The notes beneath the pieces are model-generated. The model did not search any database. It saw nothing but the letters and a program-made list of their open reading frames with translations, and was not told the DNA's origin. Below, piece by piece: positions 1 through 9,031 of a DNA stretch of 32,000 bases. The position numbers and the translations under genes are program-made. The number at the start of each line of letters is the position of its first letter. The first letter of the stretch is position 1. This stretch comes from Caldimicrobium thiodismutans (lineage in GTDB: Bacteria > Desulfobacterota > Thermodesulfobacteria > Thermodesulfobacteriales > Thermodesulfobacteriaceae): assembly GCF_001548275.1 (NCBI RefSeq), contig NZ_AP014945.1, positions 960,001 to 992,000 of the forward strand. Reading direction: 5' to 3'.

Positions 1-77
1 TTGCAGAATTTCCCTTGCAGATAAAGGCAATCTTCATATCCCCAATTATAACAAACCTTTATCTTATCCGCAATCTT

Positions 78-186
78 CGGTATAAAGCTATATCTTTTAA
101 AACCTAACTGAGATTTTTTCTGCCATCTATTTTCTAAAATTTTTCCACCCTGCCTTTTTCTTCTAAGGATCTAAAAACTTAGGCAC
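78..186. mobile_element. MITE-like inverted-repeat element, copy C (degenerate, ~109 bp)
   Basis: Left end CGGTATAAAGCTATATCTTTT (78-98) and right end AAGGATCTAAAAACTTAGGCAC (165-186) match the termini of the copies at 17544-17887 and 29759-29862. Subterminal CCTTTTTCTTCTAAGGATCT matches 17856-17875 of copy A. No ORF. Confidence 0.45.
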
Positions 187-203
187 TAAAACACAGGATA
201 AGC

Positions 204-1550
204 TTAAAATTTCTTTCTCTCCTCAAGAATCTTTTTTACTTCTTCTCTTACCTTTTTGGGAAAGTGGGGATACCTGTCATTAAAGGATTTTAGCTGCACC
301 TTTGGGGAATCCTCTGGTTTGAGACCAAGCCTCTTCTTTAAAACATCAACAGGAATATCAAACATGACTGAGACATCTTCAAGGGTCATCCATCCTGCAA
401 TATCCTCAGGACTTGGTGCCTTCTTTCGAGCCTCTACAGTTTGTATTTGAAGCTCCTTCACTTTATGCCTTACATCCTCCTCTTTAATACCATATTTATC
501 AAGCTTTCTAATCTGCATGTCAAGCGCCTCTTCAGGAATTGAAAACTTAACAGTAAGCTGTTTTTCAGGGATATGAAATATCCTTGCCACATCCCTTAAA
601 GTCATCCATCCCCTGATCTCATCAGGAGATGCAATTTTAAAGGCAACCTCTGCTGGTGCCTTGCTTTTCCAGAAACCTGATGCCATTGATATACCTATGG
701 TTCCAAGGAATAAAATCAGGATTACAACAGGCAGGACATAGCGGGTAGATGGTAAAAACTTGGGTGTTTGAAGGATTAAGGATTCATATTTACAAACTTC
801 TACACATTCAAGACATTTTATGCAGTGTGTCTCTGGCACTCTTTCAACTTTTTCTATCTGTATGGCCATCTGACATACTCTCTTGCATGCTCCGCATTCA
901 ACGCATGTGTCTGCTTTTCTAATAATTTTAAACCGGCTCATCCAGTTGAAGAAGGAAAGGAATGCACCCAGCGGGCAAAAATACCTGCACCAGGCCCTGC
1001 GAAGAAAAAGTGATATCGGAATGAGCAACAGTAAAATCACTAACCCAACTGTAAGCTCTTCAAATTTGAAGTGAAACAAAGCAAAAAATGGATCATAATC
1101 CTCAAAAACAAGCTTACCGGTTTTATAGGTAAAGAGTAATATCACAGCAAGAACAAGGTATTTCATATACCTAAGGGCTCTATCAAGACCCTTAGGTAAT
1201 TCATAGGTCTTTTTGAAAACTTTTTTACCCAGGCGATTAAGCCATTCCTGAAATGCGCCAAAAGGACATATCCAGCCACAAAAGCCAGCACCTGTAACCC
1301 CAGCAAGCAAGACCACAGCTCCAAGCAGGATAAAGTTTGAGTAATAGAGTTTTCTCAAAAACTCGCCAGATGTAAAATATAAGTATGCTGTTTCAAGCCC
1401 TCCAAAGGGGCAGTAGGCATGAATACTGGGAGAGCCTGCTGGGCCTCCTCCCACTACTTGATGGCGGATACCGTAGAAAACAAGAAGTATAAAAAATATA
1501 AAAAGGATTGTATACCGCAATCTCCTGAGCGTGCCTTTTTTCTTTCTCAT
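204..1550 (-). CDS. Membrane polyferredoxin (NapH/COG0348-like 4Fe-4S binding protein) with duplicated C-terminal domain
   Basis: 448-aa ORF; ATG preceded by GGGGGAGG SD. Several TM helices, CPFG/CPLG motifs and two CxxCxxCxxxC clusters (CVECGACKRVC, CIKCLECVEVC). After a further TM helix there are two tandem ~60-aa repeats sharing SP(D/E)xIxGWMTLxDVxxxFxIP. Confidence 0.8.
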   Translation of the reverse strand: MRKKKGTLRRLRYTILFIFFILLVFYGIRHQVVGGGPAGSPSIHAYCPFGGLETAYLYFTSGEFLRKLYYSNFILLGAVVLLAGVTGAGFCGWICPFGAFQEWLNRLGKKVFKKTYELPKGLDRALRYMKYLVLAVILLFTYKTGKLVFEDYDPFFALFHFKFEELTVGLVILLLLIPISLFLRRAWCRYFCPLGAFLSFFNWMSRFKIIRKADTCVECGACKRVCQMAIQIEKVERVPETHCIKCLECVEVCKYESLILQTPKFLPSTRYVLPVVILILFLGTIGISMASGFWKSKAPAEVAFKIASPDEIRGWMTLRDVARIFHIPEKQLTVKFSIPEEALDMQIRKLDKYGIKEEDVRHKVKELQIQTVEARKKAPSPEDIAGWMTLEDVSVMFDIPVDVLKKRLGLKPEDSPKVQLKSFNDRYPHFPKKVREEVKKILEERKKF

Positions 1551-1882
1551 CCCCGGTCCTCCCCCTATTTCATTTGCATGGATAAAGGCATCTTGAACCC
1601 TTAATTAAAGGACCTTATTGGCCCGCTAAATCTAATCTCTTTCTTCACTTTTTAATCTCCCTGGATTTTTTTACATTTATCAAATTATATGCCTGAACTA
1701 ATACCCTGGTAGATCAAGTCTTTTCTGAGCTTTAAAAGAAGACTAAGCCTAAATTTTGCAATTTTTACAAAATAAAAAACAAGTCCTTTGCAAATTTTGC
1801 AAAGAGATAAAGGTGAATTGGAAGATTTATACTCCTTGCTGGGAAAAGAAGGAAAAGGGGAAAGTCAAAGAGGTTTTGATTT

Positions 1883-2218
1883 TTAAGGCCTTATATACAT
1901 GAAGCCTTCCTTTTGCCAGTCCACAAGGGCACGGATACCGGAGGCAATAACCTCTGCAGGAGGAGGAACTAAGTCCGTTGAGAGCCCAAAGGTTTTAAAG
2001 GGATTTTGACAGAAATAAAACTTGACCCCCTTTTCTGTGAGAGCCTTAAAGGCCTCCTCATAGGGCTGAAAATTCTCAACCACTTTGATACCTTCAAAAT
2101 TAATCAGAACCCTTATATCATAGGGCTCCTCTTTTATAGTGGCTAAAAGATTATTAACTTGCCTTAAACAGGCTGTAAACCTTGAAGAATCTGGCACATG
2201 AAAAAGAACCTTTAACAT
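1883..2218 (-). CDS. DsrE/DsrF-like family protein (COG1416-type)
   Basis: The ORF track starts at GTG 2227, but the GGGAGGTG SD sits 6 nt before ATG 2218 (MLKVLFHV...). About 111 aa. The pattern KVLFHV...GVKFYFCQN...VIASGIRALVDWQKEGFMYIRP matches the small DsrE-like family (GV+F..C.N...sGv..lv..Q.eGy.YI+P). Confidence 0.65.
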   Translation of the reverse strand: MLKVLFHVPDSSRFTACLRQVNNLLATIKEEPYDIRVLINFEGIKVVENFQPYEEAFKALTEKGVKFYFCQNPFKTFGLSTDLVPPPAEVIASGIRALVDWQKEGFMYIRP

Positions 2219-2258
2219 CTTTCCCACCTCCCTAAAAATTTTTAAAAAATTATAAAAG

Positions 2259-2287
2259 ATTATATTGAATTTTGCAGAATTTGTTAA
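2259..2287 (-). promoter_or_regulatory. Putative sigma70-type promoter for the DsrE-like gene
   Basis: On the minus strand: -35 TTAACA (2282-2287), 17-nt spacer, -10 TATAAT (2259-2264), about 40 nt upstream of ATG 2218. Overlaps the TTGCAGAATTTGTTA motif. Confidence 0.4.
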
Positions 2288-2294
2288 TTTTTTC

Positions 2295-3491
2295 TCAATC
2301 TTTATAGAGCTGAATAGTTTTTACCTCTTTTAAAAAATGATCTACCCTTGCCTTTAAAAGAGTTTCAATTGGGTTTTCAGGGTTCCCCTTTAGCCATTGC
2401 AAGACTCTTTTGTTTCCGATGAGGATTTCAATAGGACTTAATCTCTCCTCAAATTCATAGGGGATATCTAAAAATTCAAAGTCTGGGTGTGTATCTTTTA
2501 TAAGCTTTAAAAGTCTTAAGGCAAATTCAACGGGTCTAAATTTAAGATAATCTGTTAAATGGATCTGAAAGCCATAACATCGCATACCTTTCCATTTGTC
2601 AAAGGTTGGCTCAAAGGCTATAGGTCTTAACTTAACTCCCCAATTAGTTTCTGGAAAAACCTCTTCCAAAAAGTCCCTTAACATCTTAATCTTCAAATAG
2701 GGAGCTCCAAAGATTAAAAAAGGAAGGGTTGTGCCTCTTCCTTCAGAAAGATTAGTTCCTTCAAAAAAGACAAGTCCTGGATAAACAAGGGCACTTTCAA
2801 AGGTTGGAAGATTAGGGGAAGGAAATATCCAGGGTCTTTCCAGGGCAGGAAAAAGGCTATTCCTGGGGTATCCCTCCATGGAGATGACTTTTAGATCAAG
2901 TGTGGAGAAATGTCGCCTTTGAAAAAGTAGAGCAAGTTCTCCAAGAGTTAGGCCATGGCGTTGGGGAAGACAATCTAATCCCACAAAGCTATAATATTCC
3001 TCTTCAAGAACCGGGCCTTCTACTATAGAGGCAAGGGGATTGGGCCTATCAAGGATGACAACCTCCCTTCCAGCATAAAAAGTAGATTCTAAAAGGAGAA
3101 AGAGGGTCCAGATATAAGTGTAAACCCTGCAGCCCACATCCTGCAGATCAACAAAAATAACATCAATCTCTTTCAGCCTATCAGGATCTGGCCTAAGCCT
3201 CGGACCATAAAGACTAATTACTGGTATACCCCAAAAGGGCTCTCTCTCATCGGGAGAACCAATCATATTAGCCTGCTTCTCGGAAAAAAGGCCGTGTTGA
3301 GGGGAAAATATAAAAGTCAAGCGTTCTCCAAAGACCCGATAAAAGAGTTCAAAAGAGAGCCTGAAGGTTCTATCAAGGGCTGCCTGATGGGTTAAAAGGG
3401 CTATTTTGGCCTTTTTATAATTTTTATAAAGATCTTTTGCAAAAAAGACCTCTAAACCGAGTTTAAAAGTTTTTTCTTTCAAGGGATTCAA
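2295..3491 (-). CDS. DUF1343 family protein (NamZ/YbbC-like exo-beta-N-acetylmuramidase)
   Basis: 398-aa ORF with DUF1343 hallmarks (KIALLTHQAAL..., IFSPQHGLFSEKQANM). TTG start overlaps the amidase 3' end by 29 nt, so the start is uncertain. Sits next to a peptidoglycan amidase. Confidence 0.7.
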   Translation of the reverse strand: MNPLKEKTFKLGLEVFFAKDLYKNYKKAKIALLTHQAALDRTFRLSFELFYRVFGERLTFIFSPQHGLFSEKQANMIGSPDEREPFWGIPVISLYGPRLRPDPDRLKEIDVIFVDLQDVGCRVYTYIWTLFLLLESTFYAGREVVILDRPNPLASIVEGPVLEEEYYSFVGLDCLPQRHGLTLGELALLFQRRHFSTLDLKVISMEGYPRNSLFPALERPWIFPSPNLPTFESALVYPGLVFFEGTNLSEGRGTTLPFLIFGAPYLKIKMLRDFLEEVFPETNWGVKLRPIAFEPTFDKWKGMRCYGFQIHLTDYLKFRPVEFALRLLKLIKDTHPDFEFLDIPYEFEERLSPIEILIGNKRVLQWLKGNPENPIETLLKARVDHFLKEVKTIQLYKD

Positions 3492-5862
3492 GTCCTGATA
3501 ATTTAAGGCTCTGGATATAAACCTCTATTCCTTTAGCAATACCCTCTGCGATCTTATCTAAGTATTCTTCCTGAGTGAGTCTTTTTGCGCTTGTTGGATT
3601 GGTAATAAAATCTGCTTCAACCAGAATAGCAGGCATACGGGTTCCGACAAGCACAAGAAAAGGGGCATACTTTACCCCACGATCCTCAATATCTGGGTAA
3701 TGGCGAGAAAGCTCTCTTACCAATTCCTTTTGCACCTTTTCTGCAAGCTTACGGGATTCATTAAGTTTGGTATTAGCAATAACTGCCTTGACCAAATCCT
3801 GAAGATCTGCAAGACCTTTATCATTAGCCCTGTTTTCAAGAGCTGCAACTCTCATTGCCTCAGGATCTGTAGTAAAATTCAAATAATAGGTCTCTATCCC
3901 TTTGCCTTGAGGATCCGGGGAGGCATTAAGATGGATAGAGACAAAGAGATCTGCTTTTTGGGAATTAGCAAGCGCTGGCCTCTTAGTAAGGGGAATAAAA
4001 ACATCACTGGTGCGAGTATAGATTACTTCAACCCCTAAGCGCTCAAGAAGTTTTCCCCCCACTAATTTGACCAACTTTAAAGTTATATCCTTCTCTTTAA
4101 GTCCATTTGGACCAAGAGCACCGGGATCTTCCCCTCCATGACCGGCATCAAGCATAATTCTCTTTACCCCAAGCCCAAGTTGTCGTGCAAGGTTAATATA
4201 CTTTGTTCCATTCTCAGCCAAAGGCTCTTGTTTTTCTCTAACTGCGCCTTTTTCTACAGGTTTTTTGGTCTTAGCTAATTTCTGGGGCTTAGGTTCTACT
4301 TTTTTCTTCTCCTTTCCTACAAGATCAATAATAAGTTGATAAGGTTCCTGGAGTTTAAAAAATTTATAATCCGTAAGACTCCTCAAATCAAGGACTATTC
4401 TAACAGTCTGCCGGTCAAATTGGCCAACTCTTATTCTCTGAAGATGCTTATCCTGAAGATCAATGGCTCTTTCAATCTTCTCACCAAGAACTGCCGGGAA
4501 AAGATCCACATAAAGGCGTGGAGGGGTATCTTCTGTCCTCGGAATAAGATTAGCCTGATACTCAAAATTTCCATTAAGATCAACAATAATGCGAGTATAA
4601 TCCTCCCCGGTTACAGGCTCAATGTGTAAAACCTTTTTTAGATCAGCTATAAGGGAAGGCTGAGAGCTCTTTTCCTTTAAGGTTGGACCCTTAGAGACCT
4701 TAGGTAGCTCCTTTTTGGCAGGTTCTAAAAGGGCTACCCCCTCTTTTCCCTTCTTTATAGATTTTACCTGGGGAAATCTATCCCCCCATTCCCTTTGAAG
4801 ACTTTCCAGGCGAGCCTTGTCTTTTAATTCTTCTTTATAAAGATTGTAAAGCTGAGTATAGGCCTTTTCAGCTAAGGAATGTTGAGAATAATTTTTCAAA
4901 AAAAGTTCATAGCGCTTTCCTGCCTCAATAGCATCCTTTTTATTTAAAGAATTTTTGTAAATCTCCAGAAAAAGGTCTCCACTCCGAAAGAGAGCCAAAG
5001 GAGCTATTTCACTTCCTGGATAGAGAAGATAGATTCTTCTATATTCTGAGATCAGCTTAAGATAGTCCCTTCTATCAAAGGGCTTCTTTTTAAGAGCCTC
5101 TGCTTGGGTCTCCAGTCTTTCAAAGAGCTCTTTCAGGGTATCGGGTTCTTTTTTTAATACCTCCCCAGCCCTTTCCTCCCCTTTTTTTTCTTCAGAGACT
5201 TTGATTATCAATCTCTGTCCGGGCTTTAAAGTTGTCCCCTTAAGCTTATTGACTGCGATTATTTCCTCCTCTGTTACTCCAAAAAGCTTAGCTATTTGAG
5301 AAAGAGTTTCCCCCTCTTTAACTCTATAGATAATCTCTTTTGGCCTTGATGAAGTTGCCTTTTTAGAGGATTCTTCCTTACCTGAATCCACAGCCCTTTC
5401 CTTTTTAATTATAAGCCTTTTTCCTAATATACCCTTATCACTTTTAAGCTTGTTCCAGTCTTTCAGTTCTTCAGGGGTTACTCCATATTTTTGGGCTATA
5501 CTCTGCAAGGTCTCTCCCCTTTTAACCCTGTGATAAATTACCCTATAGGAGGTATTCTCTCCTTTCTTGGCTTGGGACTGCCCTTCTAACCCTGGCTCTT
5601 GCGTTTCCCTTTTGGCTTTACCCCTGGAAGAGGCCTCTTCTTTTTTGATAGCAAGTTTCTGCCCCACAAAGACCTTAGACTTTTTAAGATTGTTCCATTC
5701 CTTGAGATTTTCTATAGTAACTCCATATTTTTTAGCTATGCTTTGTAAGGTCTCGCCTTTTTTTACCTGATGATATATAACTTTTTCTGCTAAGGAAGAG
5801 CTTATCCAGAGAAAAATTACAAATAAGGCAACAACGCAGTGTTTAAAAAGAGAGGAGCTCAA
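3463..5862 (-). CDS. N-acetylmuramoyl-L-alanine amidase (Amidase_3, AmiC-like) with signal peptide, 3 LysM domains, TPR-like region and AMIN domain
   Basis: 799-aa ORF. Three LysM repeats (Y(H/R)VKxGETLxxIAxxYGVTxEExxxWNxL). AMIN-like segment (YTRIIVDL...RIRVGQFDRQTVRIVLDL). Catalytic domain MLDAGHGGEDPGA...VSIHLNAS...GIETYY. TTG start overlaps the mutS stop (TTGA). Confidence 0.85.
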   Translation of the reverse strand: MSSSLFKHCVVALFVIFLWISSSLAEKVIYHQVKKGETLQSIAKKYGVTIENLKEWNNLKKSKVFVGQKLAIKKEEASSRGKAKRETQEPGLEGQSQAKKGENTSYRVIYHRVKRGETLQSIAQKYGVTPEELKDWNKLKSDKGILGKRLIIKKERAVDSGKEESSKKATSSRPKEIIYRVKEGETLSQIAKLFGVTEEEIIAVNKLKGTTLKPGQRLIIKVSEEKKGEERAGEVLKKEPDTLKELFERLETQAEALKKKPFDRRDYLKLISEYRRIYLLYPGSEIAPLALFRSGDLFLEIYKNSLNKKDAIEAGKRYELFLKNYSQHSLAEKAYTQLYNLYKEELKDKARLESLQREWGDRFPQVKSIKKGKEGVALLEPAKKELPKVSKGPTLKEKSSQPSLIADLKKVLHIEPVTGEDYTRIIVDLNGNFEYQANLIPRTEDTPPRLYVDLFPAVLGEKIERAIDLQDKHLQRIRVGQFDRQTVRIVLDLRSLTDYKFFKLQEPYQLIIDLVGKEKKKVEPKPQKLAKTKKPVEKGAVREKQEPLAENGTKYINLARQLGLGVKRIMLDAGHGGEDPGALGPNGLKEKDITLKLVKLVGGKLLERLGVEVIYTRTSDVFIPLTKRPALANSQKADLFVSIHLNASPDPQGKGIETYYLNFTTDPEAMRVAALENRANDKGLADLQDLVKAVIANTKLNESRKLAEKVQKELVRELSRHYPDIEDRGVKYAPFLVLVGTRMPAILVEADFITNPTSAKRLTQEEYLDKIAEGIAKGIEVYIQSLKLSGLESLERKNF

Positions 5863-8414
5863 AAACCATCTAATTCTTTTTTTAATTGATAAAGAAATTC
5901 TAAGGCCTCCTTTGGGCTGAGCTTGTCGGGATCAATGCTTTTAATTTTATCAAAAAGTCCTGATTTTGCATCCCCTGAAAAGAGGGAAAGTTGTTTTTGT
6001 TTAAACCTTGGTCTTTTCCCTTCAGCCTCTTTCAGGATCTCTTTAGCCCTCTGCAAGACCATTTCCGGAAGACCGGCCAATCTTGCAACCTCAATTCCAT
6101 AGGATTGATCAGCTGACCCCGGTAAAATGCGGTATAAAAAAATTACCTGATCCTGCCATTCCCTCACCTCAGCATGAAAGTTTTTGATCCCTGGATAGAC
6201 CTTGGCAAGCTCGGTTAATTCAAAATAATGGGTAGCAAGGAGAGTAAAAACCCTTTTCTTATAAAGATACTCTGTTATGGCCCAGGCAAGGGACATTCCA
6301 TCAAAGGTGCTTGTTCCTCGCCCCACTTCATCTAACAAGACTAATGATCTATCTGTAGCATTATTAAGAATTTGAGCACACTCGCTCATCTCAACCATAA
6401 AGGTGCTTTTCCCCCGAATGAGCTCATCCCCTGCCCCAATTCTTGTAAAGATCTTATCAAAAAGGCCAACTCTTGCCCTTTTAGCTGGAACAAAACTACC
6501 CATCTGTGCAAGAAGCACAATCTGGGCAGTTTGCCTTAAAAAGGTAGATTTTCCACCCATATTCGGCCCTGTGATTATTAGAACCTCCGTATCTCCCTCT
6601 TTTAATTCAAGGGAGTTAGGAATAAAATTTTCCTCTCCCTGTAATCTCTCTAAAACCGGGTGTCTCCCTTCCTCAATATCTAAAACCCTCTCCTCGGTAA
6701 TCTCAGGACAGATGTATTTATACTTTTCAGCAACTTCTGCCAGGGCTATTAACACATCAAGGAGGGCTAAGGCCTTGGCTGAGGTCTTAATCTCTTCAGC
6801 CTTCTTGGCCATTTTTTCTCTAAGCTCAAGAAAAAATTCATACTCTAAGTTTTTCAACCTCTCTTCAGCTGAAAGGATTTTTTCCTCTAAGGCCTTTAGT
6901 TCCGGGACCATAAATCTTTCGGCATTGACAAGAGTCTGTTTTCTCTCAAAATAAGAGGGCACACTTCGTAGATAACCCTTGGAGACCTCTACATAATAAC
7001 CAAAAACCCTGTTATATCCGATCTTAAGGGTTGGAATCCCTGTTTTAGCCTTAAGTTCTGCCTCAAGCTGAGAGAGAAAAAGAAGACTGTTTTCTCGCAG
7101 ATTTTTAAGCTCATCAATCTCTGCTCTATACCCTTTCTTAAAAATTCCTCCCTCTTTCAAGGCTAAGGGGGGATTTTCCACCAGACTCCCTTCAAGTTCA
7201 CCAAGGATATCCTCTATATCTGAAAGGTCTTCGTAAATCTCCCTTAAAATTTCTGGACAATCAATAAAATTTAGGGCATGCTTTAGCCCATTTTTAAGCT
7301 CAGGGAGCACCTTCAGGCCATCTCTTAAGAAAGCAAGTTCCCGTGGATTTATAACCCTGAGGCTTAGCCTGCTTCCCAGCCTTTCAAGATCAGCTAAAGA
7401 TTTAAGGCCCTGGACAAGATTTTCCCTTAGCCCCCTATTTTCAAGGAAAAACTCAATTCCCCTCTGTCTTTTTTTAATGATAGTAATTTCTCTTAAAGGA
7501 TAAAGTATCCACTCCTTTAAGAGACGAGCTCCCATAGGGGTTTTAGTTCTATCAAGGACCCAGTAGAGGCTATATTTTTCAGTGCCATCCCAGAGGTTTT
7601 TTAAAAGCTCAAGATTTCTCTTGGTATTTTCATCTAAATAGAGGAATTCTTCTGGAAAATAAAAAAGTGGGGGGCCAAGCCTTTCTGCTAAGGAGGGTTG
7701 ATAAAGCTTAAGATAATAGAGAATCCCTGAGAGAGCTGCTTTAACCTCTTCAGATTCAGAGATCCCCTCATAGGCCTTCTGATAAATTCTAAAGGCCTCT
7801 TTTTCAAGAAAAGTAAGATGAACCTGAGGCAAACTTTGGTTAACCCTTTTAACAAGATCGGTCTCTTTTAAGGCTGTATCAAGAAGTATCTCCCTGGGCT
7901 CTCTTTTGAGAATCTCCGTTAAGAGCTTTTCAATAGGAAGCTCAGTATAGAGAAACTCTTCACAGGAGAGTTCAAGAAAGGCAAGGCCTGCCTTTTTCGT
8001 CCCAAGGCCTAAGGAAGCAAGATAGGTCTTTTCTTTTTCCTTAAGAAACTGAAAATCAACAAAAAGACCTGGAGTGTAAACCCTAACAACCTCTCTTTTC
8101 ACTAAACCTTTGGCTAAGGCTGGATCTTCCACCTGTTCACAGATAGCTACTTTAAAGCCAAGCTCTAAGAGTCTTTGAATGTAGGTCTCACTCTTATCTG
8201 CCGGAATCCCACACATTGGAGCAGTTAAGTCTTTACCAGCCTCTCTTTTGGTTAAAACAAGTCCAAGAATAGGGGATACTGTTTCAGCATCCTCAAAAAA
8301 CATCTCATAAAAATCCCCTAAGCGAAAGAAGAGAATGCAATCAGGGTGTTTGCCCTTTATTTCAAAATATTGACGAAACATAGGGGTAATCTCGGTTTTA
8401 GGAAGTCCTCTCAT
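5859..8414 (-). CDS. mutS: DNA mismatch repair protein MutS
   Basis: 851-aa ORF. N-terminal TPMFRQYFEIKGKHPDCILFFRLGDFYEMFFEDA, Walker A GPNMGGKSTFLRQ, DEVGRGTSTFDG, ATHYFELT. Its start overlaps the nadD stop (ATGA). Confidence 0.95.
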   Translation of the reverse strand: MRGLPKTEITPMFRQYFEIKGKHPDCILFFRLGDFYEMFFEDAETVSPILGLVLTKREAGKDLTAPMCGIPADKSETYIQRLLELGFKVAICEQVEDPALAKGLVKREVVRVYTPGLFVDFQFLKEKEKTYLASLGLGTKKAGLAFLELSCEEFLYTELPIEKLLTEILKREPREILLDTALKETDLVKRVNQSLPQVHLTFLEKEAFRIYQKAYEGISESEEVKAALSGILYYLKLYQPSLAERLGPPLFYFPEEFLYLDENTKRNLELLKNLWDGTEKYSLYWVLDRTKTPMGARLLKEWILYPLREITIIKKRQRGIEFFLENRGLRENLVQGLKSLADLERLGSRLSLRVINPRELAFLRDGLKVLPELKNGLKHALNFIDCPEILREIYEDLSDIEDILGELEGSLVENPPLALKEGGIFKKGYRAEIDELKNLRENSLLFLSQLEAELKAKTGIPTLKIGYNRVFGYYVEVSKGYLRSVPSYFERKQTLVNAERFMVPELKALEEKILSAEERLKNLEYEFFLELREKMAKKAEEIKTSAKALALLDVLIALAEVAEKYKYICPEITEERVLDIEEGRHPVLERLQGEENFIPNSLELKEGDTEVLIITGPNMGGKSTFLRQTAQIVLLAQMGSFVPAKRARVGLFDKIFTRIGAGDELIRGKSTFMVEMSECAQILNNATDRSLVLLDEVGRGTSTFDGMSLAWAITEYLYKKRVFTLLATHYFELTELAKVYPGIKNFHAEVREWQDQVIFLYRILPGSADQSYGIEVARLAGLPEMVLQRAKEILKEAEGKRPRFKQKQLSLFSGDAKSGLFDKIKSIDPDKLSPKEALEFLYQLKKELDGF

Positions 8415-9031
8415 GAGGAATACAACTTCTGCTCAAGAATGTAAAAATAGACCTCTTCTGGAACAAGATAGCGAATACTTTTTCCCTGTTGAAGATATTT
8501 TCTCAATTTAGTGCTTGAGATCTCTAAGGGAAAGACCTCAAGGAAATGGACCATATTTTCCCTTCCCCAGAGTCTTTGGGCCCTCTCTTTTACAAGAAAA
8601 GGAGCCTTTTCCCAGTTCCCCCTGCCACGGGAGACTACAATTATCTCCACATAATCCAGAAAACTCTCATAATGCCACCAAAAGTCTATCTCAAAATAGG
8701 CATCCCACCCAAGGATTAAAAAAAAGGTATATTCAGAATAAGCCTCCTTAAGTTTCTTGAGAGTTTTGAGAGTATAGGAAGGAGACTCCTTTCTCTCAAG
8801 GTCAAGGGCTTTAAAAAAGGGGTTGTCCTTAATAGCCAAGGAAAGCATTTCAAATCGTTTTTCAAAGGAGGTTAGAGGTCTTTCTTTATGAGGTGGGTAT
8901 CCTGCTGGAATAAACCAGATCTCAGAGAGCTGAAAGGCCTCGCGTGCCTCTTCTGCAATTCTTAAGTGTGCTAAATGGGGTGGATCAAAGGTCCCTCCTA
9001 AGAGTCCTATCTTAACTCCGGATCTGGCCAT
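8411..9031 (-). CDS. nadD: Nicotinate-nucleotide adenylyltransferase NadD
   Basis: The ORF extends to 9115, but the family-typical N-terminus MARSGVKIGLLGGTFDPPHLAHL starts at ATG 9031. The longer ORF would overlap proA by 104 nt; this start overlaps it by 20 nt. Confidence 0.8.
   Translation of the reverse strand: MARSGVKIGLLGGTFDPPHLAHLRIAEEAREAFQLSEIWFIPAGYPPHKERPLTSFEKRFEMLSLAIKDNPFFKALDLERKESPSYTLKTLKKLKEAYSEYTFFLILGWDAYFEIDFWWHYESFLDYVEIIVVSRGRGNWEKAPFLVKERAQRLWGRENMVHFLEVFPLEISSTKLRKYLQQGKSIRYLVPEEVYFYILEQKLYSS

Noticed and set aside
1751-1804. TTGCA elements as sigma54 -12 boxes.
   Set aside because: No GG-containing -24 element (TGGCAC) lies at the required 5-nt spacing upstream of any of them, on either strand.
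6403-6954. 183-aa + strand ORF inside mutS, and similar antisense ORFs in the track (e.g. 256-450, 3700-4038, 4336-4629, 10447-10758, 14863-15126, 28413-28760, 30090-30437, 31316-31588).
   Set aside because: All lie antisense to or overlap strongly supported genes. They have low-complexity S/L/K/F-rich translations with no recognisable motifs, as expected for shadow ORFs in AT-rich DNA.
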